Program-made: the position numbers and the translations under genes
The notes under the pieces: generated by a model
What the model saw: the letters and a program-made list of their open reading frames with translations, nothing else
The model's database searches: none
What the model was told of the DNA's origin: nothing
Part shown: piece after piece, positions 37,544 to 53,108 of the stretch
Layout: each line of letters begins with the position of its first letter
How positions within the stretch are numbered: position 1 is the stretch's first letter
NCBI GenBank assembly: GCA_964016885.1
Contig: OZ024758.1
Coordinates: 248,001 to 312,000, forward strand
Direction of reading: 5' to 3'
DNA: 64,000 bases
Source of the DNA: Eledone cirrhosa
Taxonomy: Eukaryota

Positions 37544-38284
37544 ACTTAGTTCCAGGTCATTAAAATAGAGCAAAGAGGGCGCGGCGATCGGCATATGCAC
37601 TGGCTACAATGTTGAACTTTGGTACTGACTGCGTAGTTGAACGTTCCACATACCAACCGCCCAACTGGCCAGTCAACCGCATATGCGGCTGGCTGGCCGG
37701 TTGGGTAGTTGGCATATGTACTGGCTACCATGCTGAACATTGTACTGACTGTCAAGTTGAACGTTCTAACCCTCTCTTTACATCTATTACTCTATCTACC
37801 GCTTATTTCTCCCCCTCTCTTTACTTCTATAACTCTATCTCCCACTCTCTTTACATCTATTACAGTGTCTCCCTGTATATATACACGTATATATGCACTA
37901 GATTTTATAAGAAATCTACGTAATAATATAATTAACAATAGTTGATGAATTAGACCAGAGTTAATTAAACAATAAATATGAATGAAATAGCAGTAGATGG
38001 CGAAACTTGAGTGTTGTGTGTGCATACATATATATGAGGTAAACTGGTTCAAATACTGTCAGGATTATATTGGATCAAAGACTGTATTAAATAGAAAGTA
38101 AAAAATGAAGTGAAAATATAAAAACAAACTGAAAATTTCCCCATCCCTAGAAAAATTCATATCTTGTTATATATAGATAATTGGCGCTTTAAATTGAATA
38201 AATATTCATTTATATATATATATATATGTATATATATATGTACACTGATATATATGTGTGTATATATATATGTGTATATATATA

Positions 38285-38335
<51 letters not shown>

Positions 38336-39375
38336 ACTTCATCATACGTCCGCTTTTCCATGCTTGCAAGGGTGGGGTGGGAGCTGATTCTGGATTGGTT
38401 TCTACAGCTGGGTGCCCTTCCCGACGCCAACCCCGTTTGCAGTGAGTGCTGGGTGCTTTTTTTTTTCCGTGGCACCTCCACGTCAGCTTTACAGTGTGGG
38501 CTGGGTGCTTTTTTGCCGCGGCGCCTCCACGACCACTTTGCGGTGGGGTGGTGGGGTGGTATGTGTATACCCAGCCCATTGTCATTTGCCACACAGAAAA
38601 GCTTATAGCATCGTTCTTTACCCACGATGAATCTAGCAGACCCACCCCTCCACCTGGTCTCTTGAATACAACAAACATCGACCTCCTTACGTTCAAGCAT
38701 TTCTACAACCTCGTTAGAGCCACCCTATAAGGTGCCTACATTAATGGTACCAACTCTGAAGTTTTGGATTGTGTTTGGAGGTTGGGAGCGGTGGGGAGCG
38801 GGGATGGGGTTAGGGTTAGCCATCCGCGGCCGAAACAAAGAGGAGGAGCCCTTGCATTCTCGTCCATGAGGTGGATTTGTCTTTATGTATGTATATGTAT
38901 ATATGTATGTATGTGTGTGTATGTATGTATATGTATATATGAGTGTATATGTGTATATGTATGTATATGTATGTGTATGTATGTGTATATATGTGTATAT
39001 GTATGTGTTTGTATATATGTGTGTGTATGTATATATGTGTGTGTATGTATATATATATATGTATGTATGTGTATATGTATGTATATGTATGTATGTGTAT
39101 ATGTATATATGTGTGTATGTATGTATATATGTATGTATGTGTATATATGTATGTATGTATATGTATATATACGTGTGTATATGTATATATACTTATGTGT
39201 ATATGCTTATGTATGTGTATGTATGTATATTTATATTATGTATATATATATATCTATGTATGTATATGTATGTATATGTGTATGTATGTGTATGTATGTA
39301 TGTGTATATATGTATGTATGTATATATATATGTATGTATATGTATGTGTATGTATATGTATATGTATATGTATAT

Positions 39376-39733
39376 GGAGGCACATGGCTTAGTGGTTCGA
39401 GCATTGGCCTGGCAATCGAAAAGTTGTGAGTTCAATTCTCAGACCGGGTGATGTGTTGTTTCCTTGAGCAAGACACTTTATTTCACATTGCTCCAGTTTA
39501 CTCAGCTGTAGAAATGAGATGATAGGGACTGGGGTCCATATCATTCCACTGCAAAGTGGTCGTGGAGGTGCCACGGCAAAAAAGCACTCAGCACTCACTG
39601 TAAATGAGGTTGGTGTTAGGAAGGGCATCCAGCTGTAGAAATCAAGCCAGAATCAGTTCCCGTCCCACCCTTACAAGCAGGGAAAAAGCGGACTTAAAAC
39701 GAAATGATGATGATGATGATGATGATGATGATG
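39376..39733 (+). mobile_element. CORE-type tRNA SINE with RTE tail, copy 3
   Basis: Near-identical to 8026-8380. Confidence 0.85.
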
Positions 39734-40378
39734 TATGTATGTATGTGTATATGTATGTATGTATGTATGTATATGTATGTATGTGTATGAGATGCAGTTT
39801 GGTTTTGTGCCGCTGAAAAGTGCAACAGATGCCCTCTTCTTAGTGAGACAACTACAAAAGAGGTTCTTAGAGAAAAATAAGCCACTATACTTAGCTTTGG
39901 ACATAGAGAAGGCTTTTGATAGAGAACTCTTATAAATGACAACATATATATATGTGTGTGTATATATATGTTTTTTTTTAAACTATATATTTATTACTCC
40001 CTTAAGCAGAAGAAATATATTCCCAGATATCGAAGATTACCACAATAACTAGGGAGCGGAAATCAATAGATGCTGGACATTGCTGCTGAGGGTAGGATGA
40101 CCTGATGAGCTGGCTCCTGTGGTGGATACCTAAACATAGTAAGAGCCAAGTGGGATGACTGAGGTTCACCTACATACATCAGATGTCTCTGGATCTCCAG
40201 CTGGAGATTAATGATCTCAGGAATGCCATGAAAAATCGTGACATCTAAAAAAGAAGAGTAGAATTGTTCTGGCCAATCCACCTGACCTAATAAACAATAA
40301 TAATATTAATATATATTGATGAAAATTAATTATGGTGAAATATCTTAGAAATCATTCTCAGAGGTTTTGTATTGTAAT

Positions 40379-42356
40379 CCACACTTGCTCCTTGTGGCTT
40401 CTGATGCAGACATCATGTCCGCCATCAGGTCCTTCCCAGCTAGCAGCTGCGGAGATGTTGATGGTCTCTGACCAGGCCTCCTCAAGGAGTTGATATCTCC
40501 CCTCTCCGCTGAGGCCGGGCGCCGCCTTCTGAGTGCAATTGTGGCGCTCACCAATAGGCTCATCCATGGCGCCCTGGACTCTTATGCTCGAGGCCTCTTT
40601 TTTTCGGCCAGCCTCACCGCTCTCAGGAAGAAAGAGGATGGCATACGCCCCATTGCTGTGGGCAATGTCTTCCGGAGGCTGGCTGCCAAGGTAATCTGCA
40701 AGTCCGTAACACTCGGAACCGGCATCCAGGGCCTCCAGCCACCTCATTGTCAAGTTTGACATGAGGAATGCCTTCAACTCTTTACGCTGGGATCATCTGC
40801 TCGAGGCCTGCCTCAGCCGAGCCCCCTCTGCCTACCTGTCATATGGAGCCCCAAGCATGCGCCATGCTGCTGATACGGTCATACCCTTGGCTACTGGGAT
40901 CCAACAGGGCAACCCTTTGGGACCCCTCCTGTTCACCCTTGGTATTGACCACATCGCCTGGAGTATAACGGCCCCTCTCAACGTTTGGTATCTGGATGAT
41001 GCTACTTTGGGTGGGCCCGTACAGGCGGTCTGCCATGACCTTCAATCGGTGGTTCCTGCCCTGGCGGGAATCGACCTCCAGGTCAACTCAGCCAAGTCGG
41101 AGGTGGTGAATGTCAGCCTCGATGCTGCAAGCTTTGCAGTCTCCGTCTTGGACGTGCGGTCCATTCTCCGCCAGGTTCAGGTGACCCCCCAAAGAGGATG
41201 CCCTCACCGATCCACCCGCCGGCCATCCGCTCCTCCATCAAGTCCAGACTCTCACGAGCCGACTGGGCTTGATTGATGGCCACCCAGTTCTCTTTCTGCT
41301 GAGGAACTGCTACGCCATGCCGAAGCTCCTCTATACACTCTGTGCTACACCTAAACTTGTATCCGAGCAGCAGCCGATGAGATATGCAACTTTACCTGTC
41401 AGGTATGGCGGCCTTCGCATCCAGTCCAAGATCTCACTAGCTTTGCCGGCATATCTTTCGTCGGTAACCTCGTACCACGTCCTCTTCAGCAGGGTTCTTC
41501 AAAACACAACAGAACCCTGTGTGTTCAGAGAACGCGTGGCCGCCTGTGAGACGTGGCACCGGCTGGGACTTAGCCCAGTAGACGTTCCTCCTCCTTCTCC
41601 CCCTGTTGACGTCAAGTCCCCCCCAACACACTTGGGATGCCATCCAGTGCAGCCTGGCCTCAGACAGGCTCACGTGCCAGCTCGACCAGCACCGCCTTGT
41701 TTGTTTTCGTGCAGCCTCCAAACCCCACAGTGGGGCCTGGCTCCATGCCCTGCCCTCCTTCTCCACTCGCACGCAGCTAGACAACAATAGCTTGCGCATC
41801 GGCGTTTCCCTGAGGCTCGGCCTCACACCAATGTCGCTGCCGTTCCACCATGGACTCTTTCGGCCTCCACCCGCAATCCACGCCATGCTGCCCTCAACGA
41901 AGTCATTAAGCATGGCTTGGACGCTGCAGGCTTCCCTTCCCAGCTCGAGGGGACGGCAAAAGGCTAGATGGCATGACCATCTTCCCGTTCCGCGGTGGCA
42001 AACCCCTCGTCTGGGATGCCACTTGCACCGACACTTTCTGCAGCCGCAACCTGGTGCAGTCTGCGACTGGCCCAGGTTCTGCTGCACGTCAGGCTGAGGG
42101 GGCCAAACTCCTCACATATCGTTCACTCTCCGACAGGTTTGCGGTCGTACCCCTGGAAGTGGAGACTTCTGGTGTCCTCGGCCCCAGGGCTACCTCCTTA
42201 CTCACCACCATAGGCGCTGAGCTGGCCAGCCGCAGGTGTGAGCCCCGCGAGTTGGAGTGGCTTTTCCAGCGCGTCTCCCTTGCCGTGCTCCGGGGAAACG
42301 CCTTCTCCATTCTGTCCGCCGGGGCTGTGGGTGGGTCCCATCGCGTACCGTTATGA
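40379..42356 (+). mobile_element. CRE-clade retrotransposon, copy 6
   Basis: Homologous ORFs at 40490, 40761, 41269 and 41973. Confidence 0.88.
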
Positions 42357-43326
42357 ATGTATACAAAACAACTAAATCTCTTAAATAACTTCACTTATAT
42401 CCAAAACATGATTTGTATATACATCAACAGTGACTCATTATTATACGCCAGTCACGACCCCACTGCAAAAACGATATCTATATAACAACCCCACCGTAAA
42501 ACTACTCTTCCCCACTTTACAAACACTTTATATTATTTGTCATTAAGGTTTCTTAAAATAAATATATATACGTATGTGTAGTAATTAGTACGGAGACTGA
42601 GAGAGAAGGGGCGAGTGTGTCTTCATGGAGGGCACATGGGACCAGCAAAGCCCTAAAAGTAGAGACCAGTAAATGAGATAAGGTCCTAGCTATGTTAAGA
42701 ATATAAATAAGAAACATGTTCTATACATTTAAGAAGACAAGAGAAACATGTTCTAAACATTTAAGAAATAATTATTTACCTCTTTCATGTCGGTAATATA
42801 GCGGTGTTATAAAACTAATTATAACGACCGGTGTTAAAATAGAGAGAGATAGACAGATAAATGTGTGTCACACTCTCACCCTCTCTTTAAATCTTTTACA
42901 TCTTTTACTCTATCTCCCTCTTATTTCTATCTGTGTACATATATATGTGTATGTATGTATCTGTCTATGTGTAACTCGGTGTACTGGAGCAATATGAGGT
43001 GAAGTGTCTTGCTCAAGAAGACATTTTGTGGAGTTATATCATCGTTTCTTGTTATAAAGCTACTTATACTACCGGCGTAACAGTGGCTATAGGTGATAGA
43101 TGTAGAAATAAAAGGCTGTAACAGCGATATAAACATAGATGAAATAGTTTACCACGAGACTAAGAATGAATGTTTAATGGAATTAAGTGTAATCTAATAG
43201 GAAATAAGAGGCTAGAGCAGCGAAATGTTTACGTAAAATAAAAGAACAACAAACAAGAGTGCAACATTGAAATTTTTGTTTTATTTTATCGATATAAGCG
43301 TTATTTTATGCGCGATTTGCCTTGCT

Positions 43327-43439
43327 GCCGGCGTTGATCAGTCAGTAGCAGCCCCGCTTACGAAGTTCAGGAGCCAACGACTTTACACGGTTCGAATCTC
43401 ACCCTCTCCGCTCTTGTCGAGTTATCTCCTACTCTTTTT
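43327..43439 (+). ncRNA. Candidate Pol III tRNA-like unit, type 2, copy 6; hairpin 43544-43615
   Basis: Same layout as copy 2. Confidence 0.45.
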
Positions 43440-44084
43440 ACTTAGTTCCAGGTCATTAAAATAGAGCAAAGAGGGCGCGGCGATCGGCATATGCACTGGC
43501 TACAATGTTGAACTTTGGTACTGACTGCGTAGTTGAACGTTCCACATACCAACCGCCCAACTGGCCAGTCAACCGCAAATACGGCTGGCTGGCCGGTTGG
43601 GTAGTTGGCATATGTACTGACTGTCAAGTTGAACGTTCTAACCCTCTCTTTACATCTATTGCTCTATCTACCGCTTATTTCTCTCCCTCTCTTTACTTCT
43701 ATAACTCTATCTCCCACTCTCTTTACATCTATTACACAGTGTCTCCCTGTATATATACACGTATATATGCACTAGATTTTATAAGAAATCTACGTAATAA
43801 TATAATTAACAATAGTTGATGAATTAGACCAGAGTTAATTAAACAATAAATATGAATGAAATAGCAGTAGATGGCGAAACTTGAGTGTTGTGTGTGCATA
43901 CATATATATGAGGTAAACTGGTTCAAATACTGTCAGGATTATATTGGATCAAAGACTGTATTAAATAGAAAGTAAAAAATGAAGTGAAAATATAAAAACA
44001 AACTGAAAATTTCCCCATCCCTAGAAAAATTCATATCTTGTTATATATAGATAATTGGCGCTTTAAATTGAATAAATATTCATT

Positions 44085-44119
<35 letters not shown>

Positions 44120-44560
44120 GTACACTGATATATATGTGTGTGTATATATATATATATATGTATGTGTATATGTGTACATATGTATGTGTATATATATACT
44201 AATATATATATATATATATCAACTTCATCATACGTCCGCTTTTCCATGCTTGCAAGGGTGGGGTGGGAGCTGATTCTGGATTGGTTTCTACAGCTGGGTG
44301 CCCTTCCTGACGCCAACCCAGTTTGCAGTGAGTGCTGGGTGCTTTTTTTTTTTCCGTGGCACCTCCACGTCAGCTTTACAGAGCGGGCTGGGTGCTTTTT
44401 TGCCGTGGCGCCTCCACGACCACTTTACGGTGGGGTGGTGGGGTGGTATGTGTATACCCAGCCCATTGTCATTTCCCACCCAGAAAAGTTCATAGCACCG
44501 TTCTTTACCCACAATGAATCTAGCAGACCCACCCCTCCACCTGGTCTCTTGAATACAACA

Positions 44561-45682
44561 GTGGTTTCACTAAAATAAAAATTAAATTAAATTAAATTAA
44601 ATTAATTATATTAGATAAATAGACATTGGGGTTCTCACCAAAGATTTTCAGTTATTTCTAAGAGATGTAAAAGGAAAATTAAAAAAAGATTAATAGGACA
44701 CATTAGACATGTCTCCAAGCAAGAATTGAACTTACAGACAAGGATCTCACCATCTCTGGTACTTCCCACTAAGCCACCAAGACTGCTACAAAGGTCTATT
44801 GAAAATTAATATTTATAAACCTACTTTCAAAATATAACTAATTTAATTAAAAATAAAATAAAATAAATAGACATTGGCGTTCTCACAAAACTTTTTCAGT
44901 TCTTTTTTCTAAGAAATGTCAAAGGAATATATATATATATATATTTTATTTTTAATTTTATTTTGAAAGTAGGTTTATAAATATTAAATTTCAGTACATC
45001 TTTGTATCAGTCTCGGTAGCTTAGTGGGAAGTACCAGAGATGGTGAGATCCTGTTCTGGGTGTTCAATCCTGGTCTGAGGGTTGAATTGGGGACTCGGGT
45101 TCAATCCTGGTCCATGAGATACATGTAAGGTGTCATGTTAATCTTTTATAATTTTCTTTCTATATCTCTTTGAAAAAGAGAACCCCTATTTATTTAATTA
45201 TATTGAATTTAATTTTTTATTTTAGTTAAATTGTCGAAAACACTGAAGATCTAAAGGTTGAGGAGACAATATGTCTATTTTATCTGTCTCCTCTAACTTT
45301 AGATCACCAGTGGTTTTGACAATTTAACTAAAGTAAAATAAAATAAAATAAATTAAATTATATTAGATAAATAGACATTGGGGTTCTCACCAAAGATTTT
45401 CAGTTTTTTCTGAGGAAAATTTAAAAAAAGATTAACAGGACACATTACAGCAATGATTGAACTCCCAGACCAGGATTGAACCTACAGACAAGGACCTCAC
45501 CATCTCTGGTACTTCCCACTAAGCCGCCAAGACTGCTACAACGGTCTGCTGATAATTAATATTTATAAACCTAATTTCAAAATAAAATTAATGTTATTAA
45601 TTTTATTTAAAAATAAAATAAAATAAATAAACATTGGGGTTCTCACAAAACTTTTTCATTTTTTTTCTAAGAAATGTCAAAG

Positions 45683-45718
<36 letters not shown>
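44561..45718. mobile_element. Palindromic A/B-box element, copy 3
   Basis: Near-identical to 13279-14430. Confidence 0.7.
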
Positions 45719-45720
<2 letters not shown>

Positions 45721-47640
45721 TCATCATCATCATCATCGTTTAACGTCCATATTCCACGCTTGCATGGGTTTGGACGGGAATTTTCCCACTTGAGGCAAGA
45801 GTGGTTGTCTTGCTCGCATAGGACTGTCTGGCGGGTTTTCTACAGCTGGATGCCCTTCCTAACACCAACCGCATTTACAGTGTGGGACTGGGAGGTTTTT
45901 ACCGTGTTACCTACACGGCCACATTACTGCGTGGACTGTGTTTTTTTTTTTTGTCGTGACACCTACACGACCTCATTTGTTTCGGCCTGGATGTTGTGGC
46001 ACCAACATAACTTTACATTGAAAGGGGCGGTGTGGATGGGGTGGGGGTGTATTTTGTTAGAGGTGCCTACTGACTGTAGTAGGTTTTACTTTGTATCTAG
46101 GTAAGGCGGGTCTTCTCTATTACTGAGTACCGCCAAAGATCTCGGTCCAGTGACATTGTCTTGGAGAGGTGTAAGTGTGTGAGGTCGGAATTTATCAAGT
46201 CGTCCCAGGTTTTTCTGGGTCTGCCTACTCCGTGGCTACCGTCTATCTTTATTGCCCTGCATTTTTTTTATACAGCTGTCGTCTTTCATCCGCATCACGT
46301 GGACCATACCAACGTAGTCTTCTCTCGAGTACACAACATCTGATCCCTCTTATTTCTAATTTTTCCCTTAGTTCGTTTATGCTTTGCCGTTCACATATAT
46401 TACTATTACACATCCAGCGAAGCATGCAAGCTTCGTTCCTCTCTAGTCTGCGTATATCCTCTGCACACAATGCCCAGGTCTCACTGCCATGCAACATTGC
46501 TGTTCATATGCAGGCATCATACAACCTGCCTTTCATTTTTAGGGAGAACCCTTTAGCGGCTAATAGTGGTATAAGCTCTCTGAACTTTTTCCATCCAGTT
46601 CTGACTCTAGCTACTGTACTTTCAGAGCACCCTCCCCCACTGCTGATTTTGTCACCCAGGTAACGGAAGCTGTCCACTATTTCTATAGAACCCTCTGCGC
46701 AATTGAAAGAGCTAGTATTTTGTGGGCACTTGCTGCTACTTATTGCACCAGAGCACCGGCCACATGTAAAATCTATGTTCTTAGTTAGCTTACCTGTGAT
46801 CCCACTACATCTTTTATGAACCCATACTTTGCATTTGGGACATAAAATGGAGTTTCTACCTACGCCTTTCCTACACACTGAGCATGGCCATTTCCCGGAA
46901 GGGACCGGCGCCTTATTTTCTTTCCTACAAACTAGAACTTTAGTCTTAGCCAGGTTAATTTTAAGGCCTTCTGATTCTAGGCCTTGCTTCCATGTTTGGA
47001 ATTTCTTCTCTAGCTCGGCCATTGATTCAGCTATGAGCGTTAGATCATCTGCGTATAGGAGTTCCCATGGGCAGCCGGTCTTGAACTCCACTGTTATAGC
47101 CTGAAGGGCAATAATAAATAGTAGGGGGCTAAGGACGGAGCCCTGATGAACACCAACTTTTACGCTAAACTCTTCACTATATTCGTTGTTAATTCTAACC
47201 TTGCTGACTGTTTCTTTATACATGGCTCGTATAGCTCTCACAAGCCATTCCTCAACACCTAGTTTTCTAAGAGCCCACCAGATAATGGAACGGGGGACTC
47301 TGTCGAAGGCTTTCTCCAAGTCAACAAAAGCTAAGTATAGGGGTTTACTTTTAACTAGGTACTTCTCCTGTAGTTGTCGTACAATGAAAAGAGCGTCTGT
47401 GGTACTTTTACCTGACACAAACCCGAACTGCATTTCATCTAGATCAATTCTCTCTCTGATTAGTTGCGCTATTACTTTTTCCGTGACCTTCATGACCTGG
47501 TCGATTAATTTAATGCCTCTATAGTTACTCCTATCTAGGGCATCTCCTTTACCCTTGTAACAGTTAATGATGATGCTGCTACGCCAGTCCTTCAGAACAA
47601 CCCCATTCTGTATGACTTGGTTTACTATCCGGGTGACCAT
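45719..47640 (-). mobile_element. RTE LINE (RT + PHD), 5'-truncated, copy
   Basis: ORF 46504-47760 has the same protein. Confidence 0.95.
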
Positions 47641-50136
47641 TACGTGTATACATCTGAAAATGTATATATGTATGCAAAGATATAAGTAAACATACATGTA
47701 TACATATAGATGGACAGTTATGCATATACAATAACTTATTTCTATACATACATATACCACAAGTAAGGCATGGTGCTGCCAACTAACCAGACCTCCCTCA
47801 TAATGGACCAGCTAGATCCCAAAATACAGGCCTGCTTGCCAACACACAGTCCCAATAAGTGTAAGTTACAGCGCAGCTATCTGGACAGACTTGTCTTAAG
47901 ACTACACACTATCCCACTACATCTTTTGTATACTATATATATACTGTTTATATATATATATACTATATATATATATACTGTTTATATATATATATACTAT
48001 ATATATATATACTGTTTATATATATATACACACATATAATTGTGTATTCACACATTATCTTAGTAATGAAATAATTAATAATTTTAGTAAATTGTTCAAA
48101 ATTCTTCATTAACCCTTTTGGTAGAAACCCAGCCAAAATTAGTTCTCGTACTATGGAAATGGTTCCTATCTAAATTAAAGTCTTCCAACAAAATTCTATA
48201 TAACAACCATATGGTAAGTTACTATGTTAGTAATTAACTAACAATTGTGATAAATAGCTCAAAATTATTCATAATTAATTGAATTATAAGGTTCATAATT
48301 ATAATAAAATCTTCAAATAGGCTACGAAACCGGTAAACCTGAAAGGTACACAACACACACACATTGCTATAGCGTTTCACCAGCCCCTTCCTTCCTGAAT
48401 TATTACAGAGATGTGTGTGTATGTAATAATTATTTGTATAATGTGTGTCTATTTATGAATATGTATGAGTAGATGTGTGTGTGTGTATCACAGTAGATGT
48501 GTATGTAACACAGTAGATGTGTATATGTAACAGAGTAGATGTGTGTTTGCATGTAACTCAGTATATGTGTATGTAACTCAGTAGATGTGTGTGTGTAACA
48601 CGGTAGATGTGTGTGTGTAACACGGTAGATGTGTGTGTGTAACACGGTAGATGTGTGTGTGTAACACGGTAGATGTGTGTATGTAACAGTAGATGTGTAT
48701 GTATGTAACACAGTAGATGTGTATGTATGTAACACAGTAGATGTGTGTATGTAACACAGTACATGTGTGTGTATGTAACTCAGTAGATGTGTGTGTATGT
48801 AACTCAGTAGATGTGTGTATGTAACACAGTAGATTGTGTGTATGTAACATAGAAGATGTGTGTAACACAGTAGATGTGTGTGTATGTAACCCAGTAGATC
48901 TGTGTGTATGTAACTCAGTAGATGTGTGTGTATGTAACACAGGTGTGTGTATGTAACACAGTAGATGTGTGTATGTAACATAGTAGATGTGTGTATGTAA
49001 CACAGAAGATGTGTGTGTATGTAACACAGTAGATGTGTGTGTATGTAACTCAGTAGATGTGTGTGTATGTAACACAGTAGATGTGTGTGTAACACAGTAG
49101 ATGTGTATGTAACGCAGTAGATGTGTGTGTATATAACCCAGTTGATGTGTGTGTATGTAACACAGTAGATGTGTGTATGTAACATAGTATATGTGTATGT
49201 AACTAAAGTGTAACGTACGTTACAAATGGAAGACAAAATGATTTTAACTTGTTTTTTAACAATTGATGGTGGAAAAGATTTTAAATTGTCTTAACTCAGA
49301 CCATAAAGGGCCGCAACACATGGAGTCTGACACTCTTACCGGCTACATAGCCTGGGCGTCTATTTTACCGCGACCGGCTACATAGCATCTTCCTAAAATC
49401 TTCCAACATAATTTTATACAAGAACCACATGTTAAGTTACTAATAAAATAATTAATAAATAAAAACATTAGTAAGTCCTTCAAATGATATCTCAGTAATG
49501 AAATAATTAATAATTGTTATAAATACCTCAAAATTCCTCATTAATTAAACCTCATTAATTAATTAAGCCGCTGAAAAGTGCAACAGATGCCCTCTTCTTA
49601 GTGAGACAACTACAAAAGAGGTTCTTAGAGAAAAATAAGCCACTATACTTAGCTTTGGACATAGAGAAGGCTTTTGATAGAGAACTCTTATAAATGACAA
49701 CATATATATATGTGTGTGTATATATATGTTTTTTTTAAAACTATATATTTATTACTCCCTTAAGCAGAAGAAATATATTCCCAGATATCGAAGATTACCA
49801 CAATAACTAGGGAGCGGAAATCAATAGATGCTGGACATTGCTGCTGAGGGTAGGATGACCTGATGAGCTGGCTCCTGTGGTGGATACCTAAACATAGTAA
49901 GACCCTAGTGGGATGACTGAGGTTCACCTACATACATCAGATGTCTCTGGATCTCCAGCTGGAGATTAATGATCTCAGGAATGCCATGAAAAATCGTGAC
50001 ATCTAAAAAAGAAGAGTAGAATTGTTCTGGCCAATCCACCTGACCTAATAAACAATAATAATATTAATATATATTGATGAAAATTAATTATGGTGAAATA
50101 TCTTAGAAATCATTCTCAGAGGTTTTGTATTGTAAT

Positions 50137-52114
50137 CCACACTTGCTCCTTGTGGCTTCTGATGCAGACATCATGTCCGCCATCAGGTCCTTCCCAGCTA
50201 GCAGCTGCGGAGATGTTGATGGTCTCTGACCAGGCCTCCTCAAGGAGTTGATATCTCCCCTCTCCGCTGAGGCCGGGCGCCGCCTTCTGAGTGCAATTGT
50301 GGCGCTCACCAATAGGCTCATCCATGGCGCCCTGGACTCTTATGCTCGAGGCCTCTTTTTTTCGGCCAGCCTCACCGCTCTCAGGAAGAAAGAGGATGGC
50401 ATACGCCCCATTGCTGTGGGCAATGTCTTCCGGAGGCTGGCTGCCAAGGTAATCTGCAAGTCCGTAACACTCGGAACCGGCATCCAGGGCCTCCAGCCAC
50501 CTCATTGTCAAGTTTGACATGAGGAATGCCTTCAACTCTTTACGCTGGGATCATCTGCTCGAGGCCTGCCTCAGCCGAGCCCCCTCTGCCTACCTGTCAT
50601 ATGGAGCCCCAAGCATGCGCCATGCTGCTGATACGGTCATACCCTTGGCTACTGGGATCCAACAGGGCAACCCTTTGGGACCCCTCCTGTTCACCCTTGG
50701 TATTGACCACATCGCCTGGAGTATAACGGCCCCTCTCAACGTTTGGTATCTGGATGATGCTACTTTGGGTGGGCCCGTACAGGCGGTCTGCCATGACCTT
50801 CAATCGGTGGTTCCTGCCCTGGCGGGAATCGACCTCCAGGTCAACTCAGCCAAGTCGGAGGTGGTGAATGTCAGCCTCGATGCTGCAAGCTTTGCAGTCT
50901 CCGTCTTGGACGTGCGGTCCATTCTCCGCCAGGTTCAGGTGACCCCCCAAAGAGGATGCCCTCACCGATCCACCCGCCGGCCATCCGCTCCTCCATCAAG
51001 TCCAGACTCTCACGAGCCGACTGGGCTTGATTGATGGACACCCAGTTCTCTTTCTGCTGAGGAACTGCTACGCCATGCCGAAGCTCCTCTATACACTCTG
51101 TGCTACACCTAAACTTGTATCCGAGCAGCAGCCGATGAGATATGCAACTTTACCTGTCAGGTATGGCGGCCTTCGCCTCCAGTCCCCGATCTCACTAGCT
51201 TTGCCGGCATATCTTTCGTCGGTAACCTCGTACCACGTCCTCTTCAGCAGGGTTCTTCAAAACACAACAGAACCCTCTGTGTTCAGAGAACGCGTGGCCG
51301 CCTGTGAGACGTGGGACCGGCTGGGACTTAGCCCAGTAGACGTTCCTCCTCCTTCTCTCCCTGTTGACGTCAAGTCCCCCCCAACACACTTGGGATGCCA
51401 TCCAGTGCAGCCTGGCCTCAGACAGGCTCACGTGCCAGCTCGACCAGCACCGCCTTGTTTGTTTTCGTGCAGCCTCCAAACCCCACAGTGGGGCCTGGCT
51501 CCATGCCCTGCCCTCCTTCTCCACTCGCACGCAGCTAGACAACAATAGCTTGCGCATCGGCGTTTCCCTGAGGCTCGGCCTCACACCAATGTCGCTGCCG
51601 TTCCACCATGGACTCTTTCGGCCTCCACCCGCAATCCACGCCATGCTGCCCTCAACGAAGTCATTAAGCATGGCTTGGACGCTGCAGGCTTCCCTTCCCA
51701 GCTCGAGGGGACGGCAAAAGGCTAGATGGCATGACCATCTTCCCGTTCCGCGGTGGCAAACCCCTCGTCTGGGATGCCACTTGCACCGACACTTTCTGCA
51801 GCCGCAACCTGGTGCAGTCTGCGACTGGCCCAGGTTCTGCTGCACGTCAGGCTGAGGGGGCCAAACTCCTCACATATCGTTCACTCTCCGACAGGTTTGC
51901 GGTCGTACCCCTGGAAGTGGAGACTTCTGGTGTCCTCGGCCCCAGGGCTACCTCCTTACTCACCACCATAGGCGCTGAGCTGGCCAGCCGCAGGTGTGAG
52001 CCCCGCGAGTTGGAGTGGCTTTTCCAGCGCGTCTCCCTTGCCGTGCTCCGGGGAAACGCCTTCTCCATTCTGTCCGCCGGGGCTGTGGGTGGGTCCCATC
52101 GCGTACCGTTATGA
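50137..52114 (+). mobile_element. CRE-clade retrotransposon, copy 7
   Basis: Homologous ORFs at 50248, 50519, 51027 and 51731. Confidence 0.88.
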
Positions 52115-53108
52115 ATGTATACAAAACAACTAAATCTCTTAAATAACTTCACTTATATCCAAAACATGATTTGTATATACATCAACAGTGACTCATTATT
52201 ATACGCCAGTCACGACCCCACTGCAAAAACGATATCTATATAACAACCCCACCGTAAAACTACTCTTCCCCACTTTACAAACACTTTATATTATTTGTCA
52301 TTAAGGTTTCTTAAAATAAATATATATACGTATGTGTAGTAATTAGTACGGAGACTGAGAGAGAAGGGGCGAGTGTGTCTTCATGGAGGGCACATGGGAC
52401 CAGCAAAGCCCTAAAAGTAGAGACCAGTAAATGAGATAAGGTCCTAGCTATGTTAAGAATATAAATAAGAAACATGTTCTATACATTTAAGAAGACAAGA
52501 GAAACATGTTCTAAACATTTAAGAAATAATTATTTACCTCTTTCATGTCGGTAATATAGCGGTGTTATAAAACTAATTATAACGACCGGTGTTAAAATAG
52601 AGAGAGATAGACAGATAAATGTGTGTCACACTCTCACCCTCTCTTTAAATCTTTTACACTATCTAACTCGTACTTCTCACACTCTCTTTAAATCTTTTAC
52701 TCTATCTACCTCTCATTTCTATCTGTGTATGTATGTATGTATCTGTCTATGTGTAACTCGGTGTACTGGAGCAATATGAAGTGAAGTGTCTTGCTCAAGA
52801 AGACATTTTGTGGAGTTATATCATCGTTTCTTGTTATAAAGCTACTTATACTACCGGCGTAACAGTGGCTATAGGTGATAGATGTAGAAATAAAAGGCTG
52901 TAACAGCGATATAAATATAGATGAAATAGTTTACCACGAGACTAAGAATGAATGTTTAATGGAATTAAGTGTAATCTAATAGGAAATAAGAGGCTAGAGC
53001 AGCGAAATGTTTACGTAAAATAAAAGAACAACAAACAAGAGTGCAACATTGAAATTTTTTTTTTTTTTTGTCGATATAAGCGTTATTTTATGCGCGATTT
53101 GCCTTGCT

